A stretch of 28,669 nucleotides of DNA from a virus (Duplodnaviria > Caudoviricetes): positions 1-28,669 of IMG/VR virus record IMGVR_UViG_3300020045_004541; one strand, 5' to 3'. This document shows, piece by piece, positions 15,853-25,265 of this stretch. How positions within the stretch are numbered: position 1 is the stretch's first letter; each line of letters starts with the position of its first letter. A program made the position numbers and the translations under genes. The notes under the pieces were generated by a model. The model ran no database searches, was not told the DNA's origin, and saw only the letters and a program-made list of their open reading frames with translations.

Positions 15853-16863
15853 ATGGCACGAACGAAAAAAGTAAAAGAAGAATCTCAGCTTGAGCCTACT
15901 CCAGAACAGGCTGTAGAAGAACTTTCTAAGCTTACTCAAGAGATGTTTCCAGAGGGTGATCCACACAACCCTCTAATCAAGTCTACGGAGGTCGTAGAGG
16001 AAGAATCTACAGAAACTGAGGCCGATGTACCTGAAACAGACGACATCGCTGTAATCGAAGCACAGGACGTTGTACAGGGTACAACAGAAGGCACGCAAGA
16101 TGTATCAGAAGCCACAGGGGGTTACGATTCTATAAGTTCAGACGACATACCAGACATCCCCACATCAGAGGAATTTGCTGAAAGCTTTAAACGTTCTGAA
16201 ACAGAAGAGGGGGACAGTGCTGGCGACTTTGATCCAGAAGATCCTCCAGAAGGTTTTGTAGAATCTGACGAAGATGGAGATGGTATTCCAGAGCATTATG
16301 TGTTTGACTGGGCTAACCAACCTGTAGCAGCTACTCTTGTTCCCATTCGTGAGACTAAGATTAACTCTTTAGTAGAAAAGATTCTATTCGCATCTTATTT
16401 AGGTGGAGAACTCTACAAGAATGGTGTGCAACTTAATCGTGTACCTTATCGTGCAAATGTTCTTATTCCTACGTGTAAGGTAGAGCAGTTCTTGTCTGGA
16501 GAAGGTAAGCTGGAGTATGAAGAAGGATTCAATTATGTAGACGTAAGCGTTAAAGGAATTAATCCTGTATTATTCCTCAAGCGCATAATGATGGTAGGCA
16601 AAAAGGGTGCAGTAATTTCCCCTAAGAAAAAAGCTACAAACAACGCAGGTTACATTGTTCCTCTCAAATGTAGAGAACCTTTAATGAGCAGCCCATCGTT
16701 CCAAGTAGGAGGTAATAAACCAAGGTACAGTCTTGAAGAATTGAAGTCTTTCGGTGCGGAATCTCTGAGAATTGTTTGTTCTTGGTACTCTCTAGCATAT
16801 AAAGGTAAAGTCCAAGCAAGAATTGATATTTGTAACTATTATAACAAAAACCCAGTTCAGTAG
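15853..16863 (+). CDS. Protein with long acidic disordered N-terminus and possible HeH/SAP-like C-terminal motif
   Basis: First ~150 aa D/E-rich; C-terminal YSLEELKSFGAESLRIVC; GGAG RBS. Confidence 0.65.
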   Translation: MARTKKVKEESQLEPTPEQAVEELSKLTQEMFPEGDPHNPLIKSTEVVEEESTETEADVPETDDIAVIEAQDVVQGTTEGTQDVSEATGGYDSISSDDIPDIPTSEEFAESFKRSETEEGDSAGDFDPEDPPEGFVESDEDGDGIPEHYVFDWANQPVAATLVPIRETKINSLVEKILFASYLGGELYKNGVQLNRVPYRANVLIPTCKVEQFLSGEGKLEYEEGFNYVDVSVKGINPVLFLKRIMMVGKKGAVISPKKKATNNAGYIVPLKCREPLMSSPSFQVGGNKPRYSLEELKSFGAESLRIVCSWYSLAYKGKVQARIDICNYYNKNPVQ

Positions 16864-16873
16864 GCGAGCTAAA

Positions 16874-17620
16874 ATGATAGACATAACAGGTAATGTATAT
16901 GGTGACCTGACTGCAATAAGGAGAACTGACAGAAAAACTAAGAAGGGAGATTTTATCTGGCTTTTTGCTTGTTCTTGTGGTGAACCCGTTGAGCGTGATA
17001 CCTATGCCCTTAGACGGAAAGGTTGGGGTTACTGCGATGCTTGTGCTAGAAAGAAAATGTCAAAAACTGGCACAAAACATGGTGGTACTTCTGGTAAGAA
17101 AAGTAGACTCTATGTCATTTGGGTAGGTATGAAGCGAAGATGTTTTGACGTAAAAGACAAAGCTTATCCTGCCTACGGTGGATCTGGAATAACCATGTTT
17201 GATGGTTGGAAGAATGATTTTGCAGCGTTTCGGGAGCATGTTGGTGACCATCCAAAAGACGGTAAGAGGTATACAATTGATAGGATTGATAATGAAGTTG
17301 GATATTTTCCCAACAACCTACGGTGGGCTACCAATCATGAGCAAGCAAGAAATAAAGGTTTACGTAAGGATAACAAGTCAGGGGTGACGGGCGTTAATTA
17401 TGTGACTGCTGTAGCTAGTAGTGGTCTTTATAAAACATTTATTGCCCACTGGAAGGTCAATGGTGACAAGAAGACTAAAAGTTTCTCTTCCTTAAAGTAC
17501 GGCGAGGAACTAGCCTTCTTTATGGCTTGTGAATACAGAGAGCAAATGATAAATTTACTTAACCTGCAAGGTGCAGGATATAGTGAGAATCACGGTAAAC
17601 CTAAAGTTAGACAAGAGTAA
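16874..17620 (+). CDS. HNH-type homing endonuclease with AP2 domain
   Basis: MIDITGNVYGDLT; W.GMKRRC; TIDRIDNEVGYFPNNLRWAT..EQARN; KSFSSLKYGEELAF. Confidence 0.85.
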   Translation: MIDITGNVYGDLTAIRRTDRKTKKGDFIWLFACSCGEPVERDTYALRRKGWGYCDACARKKMSKTGTKHGGTSGKKSRLYVIWVGMKRRCFDVKDKAYPAYGGSGITMFDGWKNDFAAFREHVGDHPKDGKRYTIDRIDNEVGYFPNNLRWATNHEQARNKGLRKDNKSGVTGVNYVTAVASSGLYKTFIAHWKVNGDKKTKSFSSLKYGEELAFFMACEYREQMINLLNLQGAGYSENHGKPKVRQE

Positions 17621-17626
17621 ATAACC

Positions 17627-17643
17627 GCAGGGCTTGTCCCTGC
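17627..17643 (+). terminator. GC hairpin after the HNH gene
   Basis: GCAGGG-CTTGT-CCCTGC followed by TCCTTT. Confidence 0.4.
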
Positions 17644-17672
17644 TCCTTTAAGCAGTACGGGAGTAAGATGAT

Positions 17673-18428
17673 ATGAAAGGTGCAAACAACACACCAAGAA
17701 CACGTAGAGTAAAAGCAGAAGCTGGTGCAGATAAGCATATTAAAGATAAGTTTGTAGAACAACGTGAAGAAAAAGTGAATGCCAAACCAATTAAACCTTG
17801 GAATGGTAAACAAAAATACTATATAGATCTGATTAATGACTCAGATGTACCTACTATCCTTTGTACAGGCTACGCTGGGACATCTAAAACATTTTTACCA
17901 ACAGCACTAGCAGCCGATGCTTTACGTCTGGGAAAGATTAAGAAGATAGTTTTCTCACGCCCAAACATTTCAAACAGCAAATCTCTGGGTTATTTCGGTG
18001 GCTCACTGATCGAGAAAGCGTCAAATTGGTTACTTCCTGTACTTGATATATTAAATGAACGTCTTGGTAGAAACTTAGTTGAGTTGTATATCAAGACTGG
18101 GGAGATTACTTTCGTTCCACTGGAAGTGATTAAAGGGTATTCTGCAAACGATTGTGTTTTCATCGTAGATGAGGCGGAAGACTTAACAAAAGATGAAGCT
18201 AAAAAGGTCATAACAAGACAAGGTTCTAATTGCAAAATGATCTTGTGTGGAGATATTAGCCAGTCAGAACTTAAAGAGGGTAGTGGTCTGAAATATCTAA
18301 CAGACATGTCAAAGAAATATGACAATCTAACTCTTGGGCTTGTGGATTTCAATGAGATTGGTGATATTGTTAGGTCTGACGCAGTTAAGCAGTGGATCAT
18401 AGCGTTCAATAAAGAGGAGAACAAATAA
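17673..18428 (+). CDS. phoH: PhoH-like ATPase
   Basis: GYAGTSKT P-loop, SRP, LGYFGG, DEAE, TRQG, GDISQSE, VRS motifs. Confidence 0.92.
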   Translation: MKGANNTPRTRRVKAEAGADKHIKDKFVEQREEKVNAKPIKPWNGKQKYYIDLINDSDVPTILCTGYAGTSKTFLPTALAADALRLGKIKKIVFSRPNISNSKSLGYFGGSLIEKASNWLLPVLDILNERLGRNLVELYIKTGEITFVPLEVIKGYSANDCVFIVDEAEDLTKDEAKKVITRQGSNCKMILCGDISQSELKEGSGLKYLTDMSKKYDNLTLGLVDFNEIGDIVRSDAVKQWIIAFNKEENK

Positions 18429-18429
18429 T

Positions 18430-19113
18430 ATGAAAGAAGTATTAGACATCTTAGGAAACAAGAAAACAATAACCCGTCAACGTCTCCTACAAGAACACAC
18501 CTGTTACCTTACAGGAATTATTGAGGACACTGAAGACTACTTAGATCTATTTGAAACCCTTAAAACTGCTAATACAGGAGACATGGTTAAGATAGTAATA
18601 GACTGCTATGGTGGAAGTGTATCTGTAGGCTACACGATCATACAGCACATCGTAGAGGCTATGGAAAATGGTGTGGATGTGGTTGCCTCTGTAGGTAAGA
18701 ATTGTGCAAGTATGGCTACGGTTATTTGTATGTACTGTACTGATCTTGAATTATTCCCTTGGAGTAATATGCTCATTCATTCAGGTACGGAAGGGCATTA
18801 CGGGGCGATGAACGAGAATAAGAAGACTGTAGAGTTCTCATTCAAAGAAGGGGACAAGGATTTACGCCGAGATTACGAATTCTTCTTAACAGAAGAAGAG
18901 ATAAATGCTCTGGTCAGTAATGCAGAACCTCTTCTGTTGGATTCAGATCAAATTCGTGAACGTTGGATTCGTAAGATAGAGATGTCTTCTGGAGAAGGTG
19001 GTGAACCTCAATTACAGTTGGAGGATTTGATTAGTGAGATTGTGGATAAGAAATTGGCTGAACAGAAACCTGTAAAAGCCTCTACAAAGAAACCTACACC
19101 TAAATCGAAATAA
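18430..19113 (+). CDS. clpP: ClpP-like serine protease
   Basis: IDCYGGSV, CASMATVI (catalytic Ser), MLIH (catalytic His). Confidence 0.8.
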   Translation: MKEVLDILGNKKTITRQRLLQEHTCYLTGIIEDTEDYLDLFETLKTANTGDMVKIVIDCYGGSVSVGYTIIQHIVEAMENGVDVVASVGKNCASMATVICMYCTDLELFPWSNMLIHSGTEGHYGAMNENKKTVEFSFKEGDKDLRRDYEFFLTEEEINALVSNAEPLLLDSDQIRERWIRKIEMSSGEGGEPQLQLEDLISEIVDKKLAEQKPVKASTKKPTPKSK

Positions 19114-19117
19114 TTAG

Positions 19118-19154
19118 TTGACAAGAATAAGGGAGAAGTTTAATATCTCCCTTA
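19118..19154 (+). promoter_or_regulatory. sigma70-type promoter overlapped by a 9-bp inverted repeat
   Basis: TTGACA-17 nt-TAATAT; TAAGGGAGA/TCTCCCTTA flanks the -10 box. Confidence 0.65.
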
Positions 19155-19175
19155 CATTAAATGAAGGGAGGAAGT

Positions 19176-19727
19176 ATGACTTGTATTATTGCCATGACTT
19201 ATAAAGGTAAAGTTCACATGATTGGGGATTGTGAAGGGTCTGATGGGTTTATTAAAGCTCAGTACAAGAAAAACCCAAAATGCTTTAAAAACGGAGATTT
19301 TCTGGTAGGACATACTACAACATTCAGATTAGGACAGATCCTACAGTACGAATGGAATGTCCCAGAAAAGTTACAATCTCAGTCGGAAAATGATTATCTC
19401 TACAAGACTGTTATTAAATCTCTAAAATCAACGTTTGATAATAACTTCTTTGGTCATAAAGATGGGGTTGATTTTGAAGGGGGTACATTTATTCTTGGAT
19501 ACAAAGGTCGAATCTGTGTTGTAGAGAGTAACTTACAATTGCTTGAATATGAAGACTATGCCAGTTGTGGATGTGGAGCATACCATGCTAATGCGGCTAT
19601 GGAGGCATTTAAATTAACTGGTTGGGAAAAGACAAGGCCGGAATTTATGATGTTAGATGCCGGTAAAATTGCACAAAAGATGGTTACTGGTGTAAACTTC
19701 GATCATTACACTTACATTAGCGAATAA
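19176..19727 (+). CDS. HslV/proteasome-beta-like Ntn protease
   Basis: Start ATG 19176 after GGGAGG; MTCII...IGD...K pattern with Thr at position 2; GCG in place of GSG. Confidence 0.7.
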   Translation: MTCIIAMTYKGKVHMIGDCEGSDGFIKAQYKKNPKCFKNGDFLVGHTTTFRLGQILQYEWNVPEKLQSQSENDYLYKTVIKSLKSTFDNNFFGHKDGVDFEGGTFILGYKGRICVVESNLQLLEYEDYASCGCGAYHANAAMEAFKLTGWEKTRPEFMMLDAGKIAQKMVTGVNFDHYTYISE

Positions 19728-19739
19728 GGGGAAATTTAG

Positions 19740-19862
19740 ATGTCAGAGTGGAACTACGTAAATATTGAATACATAATTGAAAATGATTATTACGGTATGC
19801 GTGATGAAGAAGGTGAGCAGGAGATGGTAGACAATCTAATCCAACAAAACTATACGGAGTAA
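19740..19862 (+). CDS. Small acidic hypothetical protein (40 aa)
   Basis: MSEWNYVNIEY...; GGGGG RBS; fills the gap between genes. Confidence 0.45.
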   Translation: MSEWNYVNIEYIIENDYYGMRDEEGEQEMVDNLIQQNYTE

Positions 19863-19866
19863 GTTT

Positions 19867-20142
19867 ATGTCTAAAGAGGTGAAAGTTGTAGTAGTTCCAT
19901 TTAGTGAAACACAAGAAATGGATTTCAAACACCCTCACAAGTGGTATTTTAGATGTGCCACAGGAGACTATGTTTATATTGCAGTAAGAGATAGAGCTAC
20001 AGCTATTGCATACGTTAAAGAAGAATGGGGTGGTAAATACCCCGTACGTTGTGCAACAGAAGACAAAGGTAATGGGAATGAGAGTGCTGTAGGAAGAATA
20101 AATAGTAAATCGAGGGCAGGATCACGTCCTGTAAGCAATTAA
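19867..20142 (+). CDS. Hypothetical protein
   Basis: 91 aa, GGAG RBS. Confidence 0.65.
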   Translation: MSKEVKVVVVPFSETQEMDFKHPHKWYFRCATGDYVYIAVRDRATAIAYVKEEWGGKYPVRCATEDKGNGNESAVGRINSKSRAGSRPVSN

Positions 20143-20143
20143 G

Positions 20144-20578
20144 ATGAATAAATGGGTGCAACATTTCAAAGAAACAGCTTATCACAAGGCTACAATGAGT
20201 AAAGACACAAATACTTGTGTTGGTGCTGTGATTTTTGATGAAGATAATGGTGTAGAGGTTAGTAGCGGCTGGAATTGCCTACCTCGTGGTGTGAAGCACA
20301 CTGTGGAACGTAACTCAGCCCCATTGAAATATCAATTAACATCACATGCAGAAATCAGTGCGATCACAAACGCTGCAAGAATGGGGAGGTCTACTTTAGG
20401 TAAGAGTATTGTAGTTACGATGTTCCCTTGCTCCCTGTGTGCTGCTGCACTAATTAATGCGGGGATAGAGGTTGTATATAGCCCAAAGCCAGACTTCAAC
20501 CATATCAAATATGGCGAAGGTATGAAATTAAGTGTTGAGATGTTCAAAGAATCTGGCATTGAAATTAGAAGTATTTAA
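20144..20578 (+). CDS. dCMP deaminase
   Basis: HAE and PCSLC zinc motifs, SGWN. Confidence 0.92.
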   Translation: MNKWVQHFKETAYHKATMSKDTNTCVGAVIFDEDNGVEVSSGWNCLPRGVKHTVERNSAPLKYQLTSHAEISAITNAARMGRSTLGKSIVVTMFPCSLCAAALINAGIEVVYSPKPDFNHIKYGEGMKLSVEMFKESGIEIRSI

Positions 20579-20602
20579 ACTTATTTTAGAGGAGAAGAAA
20601 TT

Positions 20603-21688
20603 ATGCGTAAATTAGTTACGGTTAGAAAGATTTCAGCTATTGAGTCTATTGACGGGGCAGATAAAATCGAGAAAGTGGTTGTCGATGGCTGGAATGTGGT
20701 TGCCCAGAAAGGAGTCCACGAAGTTGGTAAGAATATCCTCTTCTTTGAGATTGATAGCTTCCTACCGGAATCAGACCCACGATTTGAATCATTCATGAAG
20801 TTCGGTACACGTACATTTGATGGCGTGAAAGGTCACAAGGTAAAAACTGTTCGCCTTAAAGGTGTTTACTCCCAAGGTATTATTATGCCTTTGTCAGAGT
20901 TTCCTGAGATCACAGATCCACAAGAAGATGTTGACTATGCAGAAGTGGTTGGTGTTGTGAAGTGGGAGAAGCTTGAAGTAGTTGGTTACAATGGTGATGC
21001 TAAAGGCACATTCCCTTGGTTCCTTCGTAAGAGTGATCAAGAACGTATCCAGAATCTATATGGCAAACTCTCACAAACTAATTACAACACTAAGTTTGTT
21101 GGTACACTGAAGATGGATGGTAGCAGCCTAACTGCATTTTACGTTGAAGGAGAAAAATATCAAGATGAAGGTTTTGGTTACTGCTCTCGCAATCAGCAAC
21201 TTAAATTACCAGAAGAAGCTAACCTAATTGGGCACTTAACTAAAGAGTTACCTCTTGATATTTCCACATCAGGTAAATTCTTTCAGGGAGCTTACAACTC
21301 TGATCTTTTCAGAAAGTGCTTACAACTCCACCATAAGTTTGGTAGCTACTATGCAATCCAAGGTGAGCTAGTAGGTGCAGGTATTCAAGGTAACTTTGAG
21401 AAGTTTGATACTTACCAAGTGTTTGCTTACAACATCTTTGATATTGAAAAGCAAGAGTATGTTGATTACAACACATTTACACAAATGGCTGAAGCTGTTG
21501 ACTTACAAATATGCCCTGTTGTTTATGAAGAACAATGTATTCTCCAAGAGTCATTAGAAGATATTCTTGCTTTGGCTAATGGTACAGGGTTGAAGGCTGC
21601 TTATCGTGAAGGGATTGTCTGGAAACAGATTGATGGTAGACTTCAGTTTAAATCTATTTCTAACAAATATTTAGAGAAGCAGGAGTAA
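20603..21688 (+). CDS. ATP-dependent RNA ligase, Rnl5/DRB0094 family
   Basis: N-terminal OB-like module (RKLVTVRKI...GADKIE...YSQG), KSDQERIQN, KMDG (motif I), QGEL, EGIV, FKSIS. Confidence 0.9.
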   Translation: MRKLVTVRKISAIESIDGADKIEKVVVDGWNVVAQKGVHEVGKNILFFEIDSFLPESDPRFESFMKFGTRTFDGVKGHKVKTVRLKGVYSQGIIMPLSEFPEITDPQEDVDYAEVVGVVKWEKLEVVGYNGDAKGTFPWFLRKSDQERIQNLYGKLSQTNYNTKFVGTLKMDGSSLTAFYVEGEKYQDEGFGYCSRNQQLKLPEEANLIGHLTKELPLDISTSGKFFQGAYNSDLFRKCLQLHHKFGSYYAIQGELVGAGIQGNFEKFDTYQVFAYNIFDIEKQEYVDYNTFTQMAEAVDLQICPVVYEEQCILQESLEDILALANGTGLKAAYREGIVWKQIDGRLQFKSISNKYLEKQE

Positions 21689-21691
21689 CTT

Positions 21692-21955
21692 ATGTCATTA
21701 TTTAAAGATTTAGATCTGTTGCACGTAGTTCTTCTGCTTTGTGTTGTTTTATTAGCCTCAATTGTCTTCACAGCATCCTCAACTAGTAAGGTTACTGAAG
21801 AAGGAATCAACCAAGGTCGTATCGAAATCTTCACAGGGCAAGTAATATGCAGACAAGCTCCTTTACAAGGGACGCAGATTCAATTAGAATGTAAAACTCG
21901 TAAAGAGATTGAAGACTTGCTACGTTTTATACAACCTAAGAGTGACATTAAATAG
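21692..21955 (+). CDS. Membrane-anchored hypothetical protein
   Basis: N-terminal hydrophobic helix, AGGAG RBS. Confidence 0.6.
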   Translation: MSLFKDLDLLHVVLLLCVVLLASIVFTASSTSKVTEEGINQGRIEIFTGQVICRQAPLQGTQIQLECKTRKEIEDLLRFIQPKSDIK

Positions 21956-21963
21956 GAGGACTT

Positions 21964-22365
21964 ATGAAGTGGTTGAAGAAGTTTATGTCGAATTTGAATA
22001 CAAATGAAAGTGTGGTGGTAGTTGATAAGGATGAAGTTACCTACGATAAGTGGGAAGTTGCGTATCTTTGCAAATTTTGTGGAATAGAGTTGACTTATGA
22101 CCAAATTTACCACAGAGACTGCACCTGTGAAAACTGCGGCCATGTAAGTAGTTATCTAATGGATCATTATAAAACCAGTAATAGGTCTGTGTATGTTGGT
22201 GGTAAATTTTCCCATAAGGAATGGTCTGGTAAGCACTCAGGAGATATTGGGGAAGGATCTCCAACCATAATCCCAACAAATCTTATGGCTGGGATGGGGA
22301 GAGTGCCTTCACTCAACACTACACCTACAATAGTTGCGGCTGGTGTTGCATCAGGATTATTTTGA
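21964..22365 (+). CDS. Zn-ribbon hypothetical protein
   Basis: CKFC...CENC; AGGAGG RBS. Confidence 0.6.
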   Translation: MKWLKKFMSNLNTNESVVVVDKDEVTYDKWEVAYLCKFCGIELTYDQIYHRDCTCENCGHVSSYLMDHYKTSNRSVYVGGKFSHKEWSGKHSGDIGEGSPTIIPTNLMAGMGRVPSLNTTPTIVAAGVASGLF

Positions 22366-22601
22366 TGACAGGGGAAATAATTGAAGCTACACAAGAGGAA
22401 GTACGTGAGGTAGAAGGTGTGTACGTTCCAGATGGAAGTCAACGAGAACGTATGTTCTACCCAGCAGAAGATGTATCTGCCTACTCAAAGATGTTGGAGT
22501 TTATTAACTGGGTAAAACCGGAGAGCTTTAATGTTGTCTGTGGAAAGGATCAGGAAGGAAATATTGTGGCTGTTAAACTTACTTACATTAGGGGGAAATG
22601 A
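22362..22601 (+). CDS. Hypothetical protein
   Basis: 79 aa, coupled to neighbours. Confidence 0.55.
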   Translation: MMTGEIIEATQEEVREVEGVYVPDGSQRERMFYPAEDVSAYSKMLEFINWVKPESFNVVCGKDQEGNIVAVKLTYIRGK

Positions 22602-22750
22602 TGGAGTTTCGTGAATACTTTGCACTGGTTGCAAAGAAGGCTATGGAAGTTGGGTACAATCTTAGGCAAGTGAATATCTTCAAGTTTAATATACAAGAAT
22701 GTTACGAGCAAGGTAAAACTATAGACCAATGTTTTGATATTGTATTTTAG
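22598..22750 (+). CDS. Hypothetical protein (50 aa)
   Basis: MMEFREYFALVAKK...; ATGA overlap; not in ORF track. Confidence 0.5.
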   Translation: MMEFREYFALVAKKAMEVGYNLRQVNIFKFNIQECYEQGKTIDQCFDIVF

Positions 22751-22753
22751 GAA

Positions 22754-22954
22754 ATGAAAATACCAACTTATGGAGCCTCGCAATGGCTCCAGACACTAAA
22801 GACACATTGGGATATATCTAAGACAGATATGAGGGAAGGAGAGGAAGCAATTATTGTGATGTGCTTCTCCACTAACTCTCAATTCATTGCAGCCTATTAC
22901 CAGAAAGATACTAAACAAGGGTGGATAGTAGAACGTAGGAGTAAGATACGATGA
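22754..22954 (+). CDS. Hypothetical protein
   Basis: 66 aa within operon. Confidence 0.55.
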   Translation: MKIPTYGASQWLQTLKTHWDISKTDMREGEEAIIVMCFSTNSQFIAAYYQKDTKQGWIVERRSKIR

Positions 22955-23307
22955 GGCTTGACTTCAGTTTAAACTGGATGGGAGTAGTTTCAACAGGGTG
23001 GTATGACCGGAACAGTATTCCTTTCACTACGATTACGAAGTTTAACAGCATCTTAAATAGAGAAGTTGAGCTTAAATACTATGACAAATATTACTGTTGT
23101 GGTCGTATAGATGTTTATGGGCATCCTGAACATCCCTTTAACTTTGAGTATTTTGTTGATGTAATGGAAGGTGAGAGTTGGAACTTTCTTGGTCAGTGGT
23201 TAGACGGTCTGACTTTAAACTACCTGCCAGATACTGTTGAGGAACTATACAATATGTTTGAGATCGAAACTGGACATAAAATATTATGGTGGAAAGATGA
23301 TCAGTAG
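22951..23307 (+). CDS. Hypothetical protein
   Basis: 118 aa, AGGAG RBS, ATGA overlap. Confidence 0.65.
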   Translation: MRLDFSLNWMGVVSTGWYDRNSIPFTTITKFNSILNREVELKYYDKYYCCGRIDVYGHPEHPFNFEYFVDVMEGESWNFLGQWLDGLTLNYLPDTVEELYNMFEIETGHKILWWKDDQ

Positions 23308-23539
23308 ATATGCAGCACCAATGTTTCTCGCTGATGAGCTTCAATACATACTAGACACACAAGAGCCAACCTTACGTGAACGAATGGCTTTGGAAGATGT
23401 AAAGTCTGATTTAGAAAATATGCAAGAAATGGTCAGAGTTATTGACAATTGGCAGAGAGGTAGGTATTCTAGTCAAACACTGATAGCAGGTTACAATTCG
23501 TACTGCTCAAACAGAGGTAAGCTTAGGTTACAAGATTAG
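23297..23539 (+). CDS. Hypothetical protein
   Basis: Likely start ATG 23297 (MISRYAAPMF). Confidence 0.55.
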   Translation: MISRYAAPMFLADELQYILDTQEPTLRERMALEDVKSDLENMQEMVRVIDNWQRGRYSSQTLIAGYNSYCSNRGKLRLQD

Positions 23540-23557
23540 TTAACACAGGAGAAAAAT

Positions 23558-24742
23558 ATGAAATATGGTATGGAACAAAAGAAACTGATAGCACTTCTGG
23601 ACTCAGAGGTGTGGGAGCTATTTTCAGAGTATGGGGCTGTTATTGCTGGTGGTGCTATTACCTCCATATTCACTAACAAAGATGTGAATGATATTGATGT
23701 GTACTTTCCATCTGAAGAAGCTCTATTTCGTGTAGTCGCAGGATTCTATGCACAATCAGACTATACAAAGGAAGAATATCTGTCTACCTTTCAGGTATTG
23801 GTGAGTGGACAATCCCAACGTACAATTATGTGTAGCAACCACGGACAAGAAATTCAATTAATGACTTTTAAGTACTTCCCTGAGATACAGGACATATTTA
23901 CTACATTTGATTTCACTGCTTGTATGGGTGCTTATGATTGTAAGAGTAAAGATTTTGTCTTACATGAGGATTTCCTACAACACAATGCCCAACGTTACCT
24001 GAAGTTCAATACAGGTACAGACTATCCTATCATGTCCCTCATGCGTGTGGATAAGTATCGTGAACGTGGTTACACGATTAGTAAATCAGAGATGTTACGT
24101 GTCCTGTTTTCTTGTATGAGCCTTAAACTTAACTCTTGGGATGATGTTAAAGAACATGTTGGTGGGATGTACGGTTATGATATGTCTAAAGCTTTTGATG
24201 AAGAACAAATCTTTACATTTGATGAGCTGTCTGAGCAACTAAGTACAATTCATGAACGTAATGCTATTCTTTATGTTAAGAATCACGAAGGTGTTGACTT
24301 TGAATCTCTGTGTGAGAAGGTATTCTTCCATCCAGACGAAGAATTTGAAGTAGAAGATCCCAAGTTTGATGATAGTAAGTATTTGTACAAGTGTGTTAAT
24401 GAAGAATGGAAGTCGCCTATTTATTCTGGTAGCCAAGCTATCAAGTATGTGCAAGGTGATATTATTGATGTACCATATCATGGACTATTCTTCCATATAA
24501 GTAGCAGTAAACCTTACCATAAGTCAAATTACTGGGTAGAGTGTGAGCTTGTAGAAGGTAGTCTTGCACAAATGTCAAACTATTCAACTGAGAAGAAGGT
24601 TGTGCAAGGCGGTAAGGTTAAAGTAGTACGTACATTTGAATACAAAATTCCTTCAAGACAAGTACATATGGATTGGATTGAGAAAAAGTATGCAATTGAC
24701 CACGATCAAATTAAAGATGACCTTAAAGGTATTCCATTTTAA
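23558..24742 (+). CDS. Nucleotidyltransferase (CCA-adding/poly(A) polymerase-like head domain)
   Basis: IAGGAI...NDIDVYF (GG..DxD) and FDFT motifs; RVDKYRERGY. Confidence 0.75.
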   Translation: MKYGMEQKKLIALLDSEVWELFSEYGAVIAGGAITSIFTNKDVNDIDVYFPSEEALFRVVAGFYAQSDYTKEEYLSTFQVLVSGQSQRTIMCSNHGQEIQLMTFKYFPEIQDIFTTFDFTACMGAYDCKSKDFVLHEDFLQHNAQRYLKFNTGTDYPIMSLMRVDKYRERGYTISKSEMLRVLFSCMSLKLNSWDDVKEHVGGMYGYDMSKAFDEEQIFTFDELSEQLSTIHERNAILYVKNHEGVDFESLCEKVFFHPDEEFEVEDPKFDDSKYLYKCVNEEWKSPIYSGSQAIKYVQGDIIDVPYHGLFFHISSSKPYHKSNYWVECELVEGSLAQMSNYSTEKKVVQGGKVKVVRTFEYKIPSRQVHMDWIEKKYAIDHDQIKDDLKGIPF

Positions 24743-24756
24743 TAGGAGAAACAAAT

Positions 24757-25263
24757 ATGAGTAAAACTAATATTACTATTGTAATTCTACACTTCTTACT
24801 GAGATTCGTAACTCCACTGATCGTTCTGATTGGAGTGCTCTTTGCTAAGAAGGCTACACGTAAGACAACACACTATGGACAAGATCCAGATGTACAACGA
24901 TATATGCTTCCTGACTGGCTATCTTGGTTTAATACGCCAGATGAAGATGGTTGGCCTATGTACGAAGAAACAGTGGCTAATCTTTATAAGAAGTTTGGTT
25001 GGAGATTCACACTGTGGTATAACCTTGGTACACGTAATCAGGCACAAGGGTTATTATGGACAAGAGGTAAAGAAGTTACTAAAGGTGACTACCTATTCAA
25101 TAAGACCTTGAACGAGAAGGGGCTTAACTCTATGGCATCTACTGAGATTAACCTTGGACTATTTAAGATTGTATTTGAATTCGAGATTGCAAGAGACCAT
25201 TATTTGGACTACACTAAGACAGGCTATTTCGCCATTCCTAATCTAACATTTAAGAAGGGTTAA
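24757..25263 (+). CDS. Membrane-associated hypothetical protein
   Basis: N-terminal TM helix; LPDWLSWFNTPD. Confidence 0.65.
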   Translation: MSKTNITIVILHFLLRFVTPLIVLIGVLFAKKATRKTTHYGQDPDVQRYMLPDWLSWFNTPDEDGWPMYEETVANLYKKFGWRFTLWYNLGTRNQAQGLLWTRGKEVTKGDYLFNKTLNEKGLNSMASTEINLGLFKIVFEFEIARDHYLDYTKTGYFAIPNLTFKKG

Positions 25264-25265
25264 AG

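Noticed and set aside
15535-24481. Minus-strand ORFs inside the rightward arm (e.g. 17990, 20332, 22167)
   Set aside because: Antisense shadows of recognisable genes
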